Positions 10,619 to 19,764 of a DNA stretch of 64,000 nt are shown here, piece by piece (position 1 is the stretch's first letter; each line of letters opens with the position of its first letter). The notes under the pieces were generated by a model. It worked only from the letters and a program-made list of their open reading frames with translations, was not told the DNA's origin and ran no database searches. Source of the stretch: Candidatus Poribacteria bacterium (lineage in GTDB: Bacteria; Poribacteria; WGA-4E; PCPOR2b); NCBI GenBank assembly GCA_965215015.1, contig OZ244042.1:4928001-4992000 (forward strand), in the 5' to 3' direction. The translations under genes were made by a program, and so were the position numbers.

Positions 10619-11569
10619 TCAGTGCGGTAATAAGGTGGCTTTCATCTCCCCCCAGTACTGTGGGAGCAGCCCCGGTTGAGAAGGGACAGACAGACGTGGA
10701 TTCCATTCCCGCCCCGGAACATCCGCACCCGGATTATCGGTCAACTGTATCAGCTGCTTGTCAACCAAACCGAAACGGTAGATATTCCATACCCCATCCG
10801 TTTGACCAGAAAAGAGTATCGAATCCCCATCAGCAGAGAACATTGCAACATCAAAAGCCATCCGTGGAACCGGCACTCTCACCGTCTTGAACACCTTCTG
10901 CCGTCCTGCTGGGTGCAGTGTAGCAATCACCGGGAACGAACTGTTGACACTCCAATCAACGGCTTCCGTGTATAAAATCCGATTTCCCCCCGGTGACCAG
11001 TCTCCCAAAAACATCCCTGTATTCGGTTTCCGTTCAGAAACCTTCCACTGGCCTGTGCCATCTATACGGATAACATCAATATCTACACCTGATTCAAAGA
11101 GAATCCATTCCCCATCCGGCGACCATCTCGGTTTTGAGGCAAACGGTAAGTCTGTTATCTGCTTAACATTGCTACCATCGGCATCCATTATGAACAGATT
11201 AACCATCTGGTCTTCGTTGCGGTTGTGATTACTACGAAACACAATCTGATTTCCGTCAGGAGACCAGTCAGGATAACCATCAATTGCCGGCCGCCGGGTG
11301 AGATTGCGCTGATTGCTACCATCGGCATCCATTACATATACCTCCCAATTTCCATCGCGTTTGCTATCGAACGCAATTTGTCGTCCGTTAGGGGACCAGA
11401 CAGGGACGGCATCACTCGCTTCGTTAAAGGTCAGTCGTGTCTGGTTGGTTCCGTCCGAGTTCATGGTGTAGATCTCGGCGTTGCCATCTCGCTTGGAGTA
11501 AAACACAATTTTGCCCTGAAGGGAGCTCGTGGCAAGCCACAGACAAGCCACGAGCAAAGAAACGCGCAT
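10619..11569 (-). CDS. TolB-like PD40 beta-propeller secreted protein, array copy A
   Basis: Signal peptide, repeated P.WSP(N/D)G blades, C-terminal 'LLPQYWGEMK' tail, SD AAGGAGG. Confidence 0.9.
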   Translation of the reverse strand: MRVSLLVACLWLATSSLQGKIVFYSKRDGNAEIYTMNSDGTNQTRLTFNEASDAVPVWSPNGRQIAFDSKRDGNWEVYVMDADGSNQRNLTRRPAIDGYPDWSPDGNQIVFRSNHNRNEDQMVNLFIMDADGSNVKQITDLPFASKPRWSPDGEWILFESGVDIDVIRIDGTGQWKVSERKPNTGMFLGDWSPGGNRILYTEAVDWSVNSSFPVIATLHPAGRQKVFKTVRVPVPRMAFDVAMFSADGDSILFSGQTDGVWNIYRFGLVDKQLIQLTDNPGADVPGREWNPRLSVPSQPGLLPQYWGEMKATLLPH

Positions 11570-11824
11570 AAGACCTCCTTTAATCTATTTCAAAGAAATT
11601 ATCCCTTAATTGGGTTCGTAGTAGTGCAATTCATTGCACGTCAGGGAGGGCAACAGGGGGGGGAGAGGCAAGGCCCTATGGCTTGTGTTGCACTCATTCT
11701 TTACATGAGCGAAAACGGTATCCCGTCCCGATGCCGTTGTTTCATGAAACATTACGGCACCGGGACGGGATATTGCTACGAGCATCATAACTGGGACCCT
11801 GTTGCATTACGGCACATCTACCCC

Positions 11825-12775
11825 TCAGTGCGGTAATAAGGCAGATTTAATCTCCCCCCAATGCTTTGGAGCCAACCCCTGCGGTGAAACCGGCAAGCGC
11901 GGATTCCATTCGTGGGGAGAACTATCTTTGGCAGGAGAATCGGTCAACTGAAGGAGTTGACGGTCTCGGAGACGGAAACGGTAGACATCCCAGTTCCCCC
12001 CTTCCTTTCTACCGGCAAAGAGGATCGACTTCCCATCGGCACCCCAATCGGCGGCAGTCGAATCCATCTTCGGTATTGGCACCGGCTCACGTTTTTCCGG
12101 CCACAACGTCGCAATAATTATGGTTGAGTTTTTCACCGAGTCGTTGATGGAAGCCTTATACAGAATCTGTGTGCCATCCGGAGACCACCCGCCCAAAAAC
12201 ATCCCTGCCTCGGGAATAGGTTTGCTCACCCGCCGCCGTTTGGTGCCGTCGGCGTTTATCACATAAATTTGCCTCCGTTGATCTATTATTCCTCCAAAGG
12301 CGATTCTCTCCCCGTTAGGAGACCACTTCGGGGCGACGGCAAACTCTAGCTGTGTAACCTGTCTCACGTTACCGCCATCGGCATCCATCACAAAAATATT
12401 GAGATCGTGAGCATCACCGCTGTCCCGATCGCTCGTGAAGGCAATCTGTGAACCATCGGGCGACCAGTCAGGCGAGCTATCAAATGCCGGGTGCTGAGTC
12501 AGGTTCGTCTGGTTACCCCCATCGGCATCCATGACATAAAGCTCCTGGTTGCCATCCCGTTCGCTGCAAAAGACGATTTGCCGCCCGTTGGGGGACCAGG
12601 CGGGCGCAAAATCACCACCCGTCTGGTTATGCGTTAATCGTGTTTCACCTTTCCCGTCAGAACGCATCATGTAGATTTCAGTACGTCCATCCCGATGCGA
12701 ATGAAACACGATTTTACCTTGGGCGTTGCTTACGCTTAGCCAGAGACTGAGGGATATCGTTAAGAAACGCATCAT
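11825..12775 (-). CDS. TolB-like PD40 beta-propeller protein, divergent array copy B
   Basis: Signal peptide, WSPNG/WSPDG blades, tail 'LAPKHWGEIK'. Confidence 0.9.
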   Translation of the reverse strand: MMRFLTISLSLWLSVSNAQGKIVFHSHRDGRTEIYMMRSDGKGETRLTHNQTGGDFAPAWSPNGRQIVFCSERDGNQELYVMDADGGNQTNLTQHPAFDSSPDWSPDGSQIAFTSDRDSGDAHDLNIFVMDADGGNVRQVTQLEFAVAPKWSPNGERIAFGGIIDQRRQIYVINADGTKRRRVSKPIPEAGMFLGGWSPDGTQILYKASINDSVKNSTIIIATLWPEKREPVPIPKMDSTAADWGADGKSILFAGRKEGGNWDVYRFRLRDRQLLQLTDSPAKDSSPHEWNPRLPVSPQGLAPKHWGEIKSALLPH

Positions 12776-12919
12776 TCCTCCTCTATTGTATTCTAAATGG
12801 GTGCTCTACTTCCACTTTTAGTTGATGAAGTAAGCTTTCCGCGGAAGCTTCGCGAATCCAAAAAAGTAGGCGCATATACGAAAGAAAAACATCAACCGAT
12901 TAACAGCGCAAGAAACGAT

Positions 12920-13127
12920 GGGTCATGTGAAAAGAAAGTGCAAAGCACGAAGAGAAGGCCCCCTTCGTACCCCCTAACCCTCCGCAAGCGATGGGAAATT
13001 TGCAAGCTTGGGGAGAGCCACCCTTAATTGGGTTCGTAGTAGCGCAATTCATTGCGCGTCAGGGAGGGCAACCGGTGGGAGAGGCAAGCCCCTATGGCTG
13101 CTGTTGCACTCATTCTTTCCATGAGCG
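12920..13127. mobile_element. MITE-like element with one 65-bp REP unit
   Basis: Left end GGGTCATGTGAAAAGAAAGTGCA and right end TGCACTCATTCTTTCCATGAGCG form imperfect inverted repeats. Same architecture as 23247-23631 and 28138-28680. Confidence 0.7.
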
Positions 13128-13183
13128 AAAACGGTATCCCGTCCCGATGCCGTTGTCTCATGAAACATTACGGCACAGCTCCC

Positions 13184-14134
13184 TCAGTGCGGTAATAAGG
13201 GGGCTTTAATCTCCCCCCAGTACTGTGGGAGCAGCCCCTGTTGCGAAGGGACAGACAGACGGGGATTCCATTCCCGCCCCGGAACATCCGCACCCGGATT
13301 ATCGGTCAACTGTATCAGCTGCTTGTCAACCAACCCGAAACGGTAGATATTCCATACCCCATCCGTTTGACCAGAAAAGAGTATAGATTCCCCATCAGCC
13401 GAGAACATTGCGACCTTAAAAGGCCTCCGTGGAACCGGCACTCTCACCGTCTTGAACACCTTCTGCCGGCCTGCTGGGTGCAGTGTAGCCATCACCGGGA
13501 ACGAACTGTTGACACTCCAATCAACGGCTTCCGTATATAAAATCCGATTTCCACCCGGTGACCAGTCTCCCAAAAACATCCCTGTATTCGGTTTCCGTTC
13601 AGAAACCTTCCACTGTCCTGTGCCATCTATACGGATAACATCAACATCTACCCCTGATTCAAAGAGAATCCATTCCCCATCCGGCGACCATCTCGGTTTT
13701 GAGGCAAACGGTAAGTGGGTTATCTGCTTAACATTGCTACCATTGGCATCCATTATGAAAAGATTAATCATCTGGTCTTCGTTACCGTTGTGATTGCTAT
13801 CAAACACAATCTGATTTCCGTCAGGAGACCAGTCAGGATAAACATCAATTGCCGGCCGACGGGTGAGATTGCGCTGATTGCCACCATCGGCATCCATTAC
13901 ATATACCTCAGCGTTCCCATCTCGATAACTATGGAACGCAATCTGGCGACCGTTAGGGGACCAAACGGGGGTGGAATCCCTCGCCTCGTTAAAGGTCAGT
14001 CGTGTCTGGTTGGTTCCGTCCGAGTTCATGGTGTAGATCTCGGCGTTGCCATCTCGCTTGGAGTAAAACACAATTTTGCCCCAAAGGGGGCTCGTGACCA
14101 GCCAAAGGCTCGCCACGAGCAAAGAAAGGCGCAT
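13184..14134 (-). CDS. TolB-like PD40 beta-propeller protein, array copy C
   Basis: 316 aa, near-identical to copies A, D, F and G. Confidence 0.9.
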   Translation of the reverse strand: MRLSLLVASLWLVTSPLWGKIVFYSKRDGNAEIYTMNSDGTNQTRLTFNEARDSTPVWSPNGRQIAFHSYRDGNAEVYVMDADGGNQRNLTRRPAIDVYPDWSPDGNQIVFDSNHNGNEDQMINLFIMDANGSNVKQITHLPFASKPRWSPDGEWILFESGVDVDVIRIDGTGQWKVSERKPNTGMFLGDWSPGGNRILYTEAVDWSVNSSFPVMATLHPAGRQKVFKTVRVPVPRRPFKVAMFSADGESILFSGQTDGVWNIYRFGLVDKQLIQLTDNPGADVPGREWNPRLSVPSQQGLLPQYWGEIKAPLLPH

Positions 14135-14332
14135 AAAACCTCCTTCAGTCTATTTCAAAGAAATTATCCATTAATTGGGTGCGTAGTAGCGCGATTCATT
14201 GCGCGTCAGGGAGGGCAACCGGTGGGAGAGGCAAGCCCCTATGGCTGCTGTTGCACTCATTCTTTCCATGAGCGAAAACGGTATCCCGGCCCGATGCCGT
14301 TGTCTCATGAAACATTACGGCCCAGTGCCCCC

Positions 14333-15283
14333 TCAGTGCGGTAATAAGGGGGCTTTCATCTCCCCCCAGTACTGTGGGAGCAGCCCCTGTTGAGAAGGGA
14401 CAGACAGACGTGGATTCCATTCATGGGGACCGGCATCCGCCCCCGGATTATCGGTCAACTGTATCAGCTGCTTGTCAACCAACCCGAAACGGTAGATATT
14501 CCATACCCCATCCGTTTGACCAGAAAAGAGTATCGAATCCCCATCAGCCGAGAACATTGCGACCTTAAAAGGCCTCCGTGGAACCGGCACTCTCACCGTC
14601 TTGAACACCTTCTGCCGGCCTGCTGGGTGCAGTGTAGCAATCACCGGGAACGAACTGTTGACATGCCAATCAACGGCTTCCGTGTATAAAATCCGATTTC
14701 CCCCCGGCGACCAGTCTCCCAAAAACATCCCTGTATTCGGTTTTCGTTCAGAAACCTTCCACTGGCCTGTGCCGTCTATACGGATAACATCAATATCTAC
14801 CCCTGATTCAAAGAGAATCCACTCCCCATCCGGCGACCATCTCGGTTTTGAAGCGAACGGTAAGTCTGTTATCTGCTTAACATTGCTACCATCGGCATCC
14901 ATTATGAAAAGATTAAGCATCTGGTCTTCGTTGCGGTTGTGATTGCTATCAAATACAATCTGATTTCCGTCAGGAGACCAGTCAGGATAAACATCAATTG
15001 CCGGCCGCCGGGTGAGATTGCGCTGATTGCCACCATCGGCATCCATTACATATACCTCAGCGTTCCCATCTCGATAACTATGGAACGCAATCTGTCGTCC
15101 GTTAGGGGACCAAACAGGGGTGGAATCCCTCGCCTCGTTAAAGGTCAGTCGTGTCTGGTTGGTTCCGTCCGAGTTCATGGTGTAGATCTCGGCGTTGCCA
15201 TCTCGCTTGGAGTAAAACACAATTTTGCCCCAAAGGGGGCTCGTGGCAAGCCACAGACAAGCCACGAGCAAGGAAAGGCGCAT
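14333..15283 (-). CDS. TolB-like PD40 beta-propeller protein, array copy D
   Basis: 316 aa, near-identical to copies A, C, F and G. Confidence 0.9.
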   Translation of the reverse strand: MRLSLLVACLWLATSPLWGKIVFYSKRDGNAEIYTMNSDGTNQTRLTFNEARDSTPVWSPNGRQIAFHSYRDGNAEVYVMDADGGNQRNLTRRPAIDVYPDWSPDGNQIVFDSNHNRNEDQMLNLFIMDADGSNVKQITDLPFASKPRWSPDGEWILFESGVDIDVIRIDGTGQWKVSERKPNTGMFLGDWSPGGNRILYTEAVDWHVNSSFPVIATLHPAGRQKVFKTVRVPVPRRPFKVAMFSADGDSILFSGQTDGVWNIYRFGLVDKQLIQLTDNPGADAGPHEWNPRLSVPSQQGLLPQYWGEMKAPLLPH

Positions 15284-15328
15284 AAGACCTCCTTTAGTCT
15301 ATTTCAAAGAAATTATCCATTTCAAAGG

Positions 15329-15383
15329 AATTATCCCTAGTATTCATTCTGACCTCAGGGACAGGATCCTCGGCGATACCGAT
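15329..15383 (-). pseudogene. Duplicated 3' fragment of the small secreted-protein gene at 18870-19373
   Basis: 55 nt identical to 18887-18941. Confidence 0.85.
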
Positions 15384-15387
15384 AAGG

Positions 15388-15482
15388 GGCTTCATGCTCC
15401 GGCAAAGTGCGTACTCAGAATACTATTTTTGCGATACCTATTGGCCCTGCTTCAGAAAGATTGACTTCCTCCGAGCAATCCG
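15388..15482 (+). pseudogene. uppS: Diverged 95-nt fragment of the uppS 3' region
   Basis: Aligns ungapped to 10246-10340 with 13 differences, 11 of them at third codon positions ([32 protein letters not shown]). Confidence 0.9.
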
Positions 15483-15528
15483 TCGGCGTGGAGTTATCCC
15501 ACCTTTATAGGCAGAGTGCGTAGCGTCC

Positions 15529-16509
15529 TTAGGGTCGCAATACTTCAGATCTAATCTCCCCCCAGAACAGAGAGAGTGACTGCCGGGGCCTGACAGACAA
15601 TCGAGGATTCCATTCATGGGGACCGGCATCCGGCCCCGGATTATCGGTCAACTGTATCAATTTCCGGTCGGTCAGATGAAAACGATAGATATTCGAGTCG
15701 TTATTTCTCTTCCCCGAAAAAAGGATGGACTTCCCATCCCCAGCGAAGGTAGTAGTTTGGAATGGCAGCCGTGGCACCGGCACCCGGTACCATCGTTTCA
15801 CCTTCCTTCGGCCGACTAAGTTCAACGTGGCAATGACCGCAAAGGAATTCTTAAGGTTGGAGTCAACCGTCTCCTTATACAGGATCCGTTTCCCATCGGG
15901 AGACCACCCGCCCAAATGCATCCGCGTGTAAGGTCGCGGTTTTGACACCTTGAAACGACCGGTGCCATTGGCGTTGATGACAAAAATCTCCCGGCCATTC
16001 CCTATAACCCCTTCAAAAGCCATCCGTTTCCCATCCGGCGACCATTTGGGTGTTGAAGCAAATTCTAAGTCTGTAATCTGCTTGATGTTGCTCCCATCGG
16101 CGTCCATCACGAAAATGTTGAAATTTTCGTTCCGAGTGCTAGTAAACGCAATCTGTGAACTGTTGGGATGCCAATCTGCATAATTATCCAGGCCGGGATA
16201 ATGGGTCAACCTCCGTTGGTTTCCCCCATCCGCGTCCATCACATAAATCTCCGCGTTTGACTCCCCTCCATGCTTATGCGGGTCCTTATGATCATCGCGG
16301 AAGCTATGGAACGCAATCTGTCGTCCGTTGGGGGACCAGACAGGGGCAACATCTGTGGCTTCGTTAAACGTAAGTCGCACCTGACCGTTACCACTGGAAT
16401 CCATCATGTAGATTTCGTAATTTCCAGCCTGCTTGGAATAAAACACAATTTTGCCCCAAAGGGGGCCCGTGGCAAGCCACAGACAAGCCACGAGCAAGGA
16501 AAGGCGCAT
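15529..16509 (-). CDS. TolB-like PD40 beta-propeller protein, divergent array copy E
   Basis: Nearly the same signal peptide as C, D, F and G, but a diverged body with an insertion 'DDHKDPHKHGGESN'. Tail 'SLFWGEIR'. Confidence 0.9.
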   Translation of the reverse strand: MRLSLLVACLWLATGPLWGKIVFYSKQAGNYEIYMMDSSGNGQVRLTFNEATDVAPVWSPNGRQIAFHSFRDDHKDPHKHGGESNAEIYVMDADGGNQRRLTHYPGLDNYADWHPNSSQIAFTSTRNENFNIFVMDADGSNIKQITDLEFASTPKWSPDGKRMAFEGVIGNGREIFVINANGTGRFKVSKPRPYTRMHLGGWSPDGKRILYKETVDSNLKNSFAVIATLNLVGRRKVKRWYRVPVPRLPFQTTTFAGDGKSILFSGKRNNDSNIYRFHLTDRKLIQLTDNPGPDAGPHEWNPRLSVRPRQSLSLFWGEIRSEVLRP

Positions 16510-16705
16510 AAGACCTCCTTTAGTCTATGTGAAAGAAATTATCCATTAATTGGGTGCGTAGTAGCGCAATTCATTGCGCGTCAGGGAGGGCAACCGGGGG
16601 GAGAGGCAAGCCCCTATGGCTGCTGTCGCACTCATTCTTTCCATGAGCGAAAGCGGTATCCCGGCCCGATGCTGTTGTCTCATGAAACATTACGGCACAG
16701 CTCCC

Positions 16706-17656
16706 TCAGTGCGGTAATAAGGGGGCTTTAATCTCCCCCCAGTACTGTGGGAGCAGCCCCTGTTGCGAAGGGACAGACAGACGGGGATTCCATTCCCGTC
16801 CCGGAACATCCGCCCCCGGATTATCGGTCAACTGTATCAGCTGCTTGTCAACCAACCCGAAACGGTAGATATTCCATACCCCATCCGTTTGACCAGAAAA
16901 GAGTATCGAATCCCCATCAGCAGAGAACATTGCAACATCAAAAGTCATCCGTGGAACCGGCACTCTCACCGTCTTGAATACCTTCTGCCGGCCTGCTGGG
17001 TGCAGTGTAGCAATGACCGGGAACGAACTGTTGACATGCCAATCAACGGCTTCCGTGTATAAAATCCGATTTCCACCCGGTGACCAGTCTCCGAGAAACA
17101 TCCCTGTATTCGGTTTCCGTTCAGAAACCTTCCACTGCCCTGTGCCATCTATACGGATAACATCAATATCTATCCCTGATTCAAAGAGAATCCACTCCCC
17201 ATCCGGCGACCATCTCGGTTTTGAGGCAAAGGGTAAGTGGGTTATCTGCTTAACATTGCTACCATCGGCATCCATTATGAAAAGATTAATCATCTGGTCT
17301 TCGTTACGGTTGTGATTGCTATCAAACACAATCTGATTTCCGTCAGGAGACCAGTCAGGATAACCATCAATTGCCGGCCGCCGGGTGAGATTGCGTTGAT
17401 TGCCACCATCGGCATCCATTACATATACCTCAGCGTTCCCATCTCGATAACTATGGAACGCAATCTGGCGACCGTTAGGGGACCAAACGGGGGTGGAATC
17501 CCTCGCCTCGTTAAAGGTCAGTCGTGTCTGGTTGGTTCCGTCCGAGTTCATGGTGTAGATCTCGGCGTTGCCATCTCGCTTGGAGTAAAACACAATTTTG
17601 CCCCAAAGGGGGCTCGTGGCAAGCCACAGACAAGCCACGAGCAAGGAAAGGCGCAT
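16706..17656 (-). CDS. TolB-like PD40 beta-propeller protein, array copy F
   Basis: 316 aa, near-identical to copies A, C, D and G. Confidence 0.9.
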   Translation of the reverse strand: MRLSLLVACLWLATSPLWGKIVFYSKRDGNAEIYTMNSDGTNQTRLTFNEARDSTPVWSPNGRQIAFHSYRDGNAEVYVMDADGGNQRNLTRRPAIDGYPDWSPDGNQIVFDSNHNRNEDQMINLFIMDADGSNVKQITHLPFASKPRWSPDGEWILFESGIDIDVIRIDGTGQWKVSERKPNTGMFLGDWSPGGNRILYTEAVDWHVNSSFPVIATLHPAGRQKVFKTVRVPVPRMTFDVAMFSADGDSILFSGQTDGVWNIYRFGLVDKQLIQLTDNPGADVPGREWNPRLSVPSQQGLLPQYWGEIKAPLLPH

Positions 17657-17908
17657 AAGACCTCCTTTAATCTATGTGAAAGAGATTATCCATTAATTGG
17701 GTTCGTAGTAGCGCAATTCATTGCGCGTCAGGGAGGGCAACCGGGGGGAGAGGCAGTCCCCTATGGCTTCTATTGCACTCATTCTTTACATGAGCGAAAA
17801 CGGCATCCCGTCCCGATGCCGTTGTTCCATGAAACATTACGGCACCGGGACATGATGCTGCTACGAGCCTCATAACTGGGCCCGGTTGCATTACGGCCCA
17901 GCGACCCC

Positions 17909-18859
17909 TCAGTGCGGTAATAAGGGGGCTTTCATCTCCCCCCAGTACTGTGGGAGCAGTCCCTGTTGAGGGGGGACGGACAGACGGGGATTCCATTCCC
18001 GCCCCGGAACATCCGCCCCCGGATTATCGGTCAACTGTATCAGCTGCTTGTCGACCAACCCGAAACGGTAGATATTCCATACCCCATCCGTTTGACCAGA
18101 AAAGAGTATCGAATCCCCATCAGCAGAGAACATTGCAACATCAAAAGCCATCCGTGGAACCGGCACTCTCACCGTCTTGAACACCTTCTGCCGGCCTGCT
18201 GGGTGCAGTGTAGCAATCACCGGGAACGAACTGTTGACACTCCAATCAACGGCTTCCGTATATAAAATCTGATTTCCACCCGGTGACCAGTCTCCCAGAA
18301 ACATCCCTGTATTCGGTTTCCGTTCAGAAACCTTCCACTGTCCTGTGCCATCTATGCGGATAACATCAATATCTACCCCTGATTCAAAGAGAATCCACTC
18401 CCCATCCGGCGACCATCTCGGTTTTGAGGCAAAGGGTAAGTCTGTTATCTGCTTAACATTGCTACCATCGGCATCCATTATGAACAGATTAACCATCTGG
18501 TCTTCGTTACGGTTGTGATTGCTATCAAACACAATCTGATTTCCGTCAGGAGACCAGTCAGGATAACCATCAATTGCCGGCCGACGGGTGAGATTGCGCT
18601 GATTGCTACCATCGGCATCCATTACATATACCTCCCAATTTCCATCGCGTTTGCTATCGAACGCAATTTGTCGTCCGTTAGGGGACCAAACAGGGGCGGC
18701 ATCACTCGCTTCGTTAAAGGTCAGTCGTGTCTGGTTGGTTCCGTCGGAGTTCATGGTGTAGATCTCGGCGTTGCCATCTCGCTTGGAGTAAAACACAATT
18801 TTGCCCCAAAGGGGGCTCGTGGCAAGCCACAGACAAGCCACGAGCAAAGAAAGGCGCAT
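17909..18859 (-). CDS. TolB-like PD40 beta-propeller protein, array copy G (promoter-proximal)
   Basis: 316 aa. Starts 10 nt after the stop of the upstream small gene, with SD AAGGAGG. Confidence 0.9.
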   Translation of the reverse strand: MRLSLLVACLWLATSPLWGKIVFYSKRDGNAEIYTMNSDGTNQTRLTFNEASDAAPVWSPNGRQIAFDSKRDGNWEVYVMDADGSNQRNLTRRPAIDGYPDWSPDGNQIVFDSNHNRNEDQMVNLFIMDADGSNVKQITDLPFASKPRWSPDGEWILFESGVDIDVIRIDGTGQWKVSERKPNTGMFLGDWSPGGNQILYTEAVDWSVNSSFPVIATLHPAGRQKVFKTVRVPVPRMAFDVAMFSADGDSILFSGQTDGVWNIYRFGLVDKQLIQLTDNPGADVPGREWNPRLSVPPQQGLLPQYWGEMKAPLLPH

Positions 18860-18869
18860 AGGACCTCCT

Positions 18870-19373
18870 TTAGTTTATGCGAAAGAAATTATCCCTAGTA
18901 TTCATTCTGACCTCAGGGACAGGATCCTCGGCGATACCGATGAGATTGATTCGGGTGTAAGCATCAATATAAAAACGACCCCTTGGCAGTTCTCTAATAT
19001 CAGCTTCATGTGTTTTCTCTATGAAGGCACTCGAGTCATTATTTATACCCCACTCAGGGACTGTGACTATTTCGGTAGTGCCTTCAGGCGGTTTTTTCTT
19101 CACAATCATTTCTTCACTCGGCTGAAGTCGCATCACTCGATGAGTAAACTCGTAAGTTAGGTCAACTGCCTCATCGCTATCATTTTCGACGAAAAACTGG
19201 TGATAGCTATAGGTATGGGTCGCAGATTTATAGAGGTTACTGACGGTTACATCCCAGTATACCTCTTCGTTGTACCCATCAGTTGTTTCCAAGGCATAAA
19301 CCCCTACCACGGAAATCAATAGAACCGTCATAGCGATAAAAAGCGTTGATTTGCATCTTTGTGAAGTCAACAT
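18870..19373 (-). CDS. Small secreted beta-rich hypothetical protein (167 aa)
   Basis: SD GGAGGAG before ATG 19373, signal peptide ending 'VGVYA', C-terminus 'RDNFFRIN'. Confidence 0.75.
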   Translation of the reverse strand: MLTSQRCKSTLFIAMTVLLISVVGVYALETTDGYNEEVYWDVTVSNLYKSATHTYSYHQFFVENDSDEAVDLTYEFTHRVMRLQPSEEMIVKKKPPEGTTEIVTVPEWGINNDSSAFIEKTHEADIRELPRGRFYIDAYTRINLIGIAEDPVPEVRMNTRDNFFRIN

Positions 19374-19524
19374 GAGAACTCCTCCTCTGATTGGTAAGGA
19401 ATGCTTTGGCATCCCATTGGGTGAGAACCGTCAACTCTGAGTTGATTCACATATCCGATGAATATGTGGTTCTCTTTTTCACCAAGTATTCACGGTGTTG
19501 CCAACTTGGTTTCACCCTTTACGA

Positions 19525-19540
19525 AGCAAGACCCATGCCA
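19525..19540 (-). promoter_or_regulatory. sigma54 -24/-12 promoter
   Basis: TGGCATG-GGTC-TTGCT on the minus strand matches TGGCAC(G)-N4-TTGCW. Confidence 0.8.
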
Positions 19541-19619
19541 ACATCCTAAATTATGCCCCCGCTTCAGACATGATGCGGGTTTGAGAGGAGGCCTGCCACC
19601 GGCTCTCGTGTGGCAAAAC

Positions 19620-19717
19620 GGGCGGAAAATCGCACACAAAATTGCACATCATCCTACATCACCCTAACTATAGACTAAAGATAATGGGTGTGCGGTTGAT
19701 GTGCGAAAAATCGCACA
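19620..19717. promoter_or_regulatory. Candidate upstream activator (enhancer) sites
   Basis: Palindrome TGTGCGA-AAAA-TCGCACA (19700-19717) plus related half-sites AAAATCGCACA and AAAATTGCACA (19626-19648). Confidence 0.6.
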
Positions 19718-19764
19718 CTTCGGATGCTGCTAGTCAAAGCTATAATAAAACTATCCTGTTTCTG

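Noticed and set aside
10619-18859. Diversity-generating retroelement
   Set aside because: No reverse transcriptase or template repeat in the window. The differences inspected are not adenine-specific.
10619-18859. Classical integron
   Set aside because: No tyrosine integrase in the window, and I could not fit the spacers to attC RYYYAAC...GTTRRRY boxes.
10619-18859. True tolB of the Tol-Pal system
   Set aside because: No TolB N-terminal domain and no tolQRA or pal neighbours.
11225-18898. Recurring plus-strand ORFs within the array
   Set aside because: They are antisense shadows repeated only because the minus-strand genes are duplicated.
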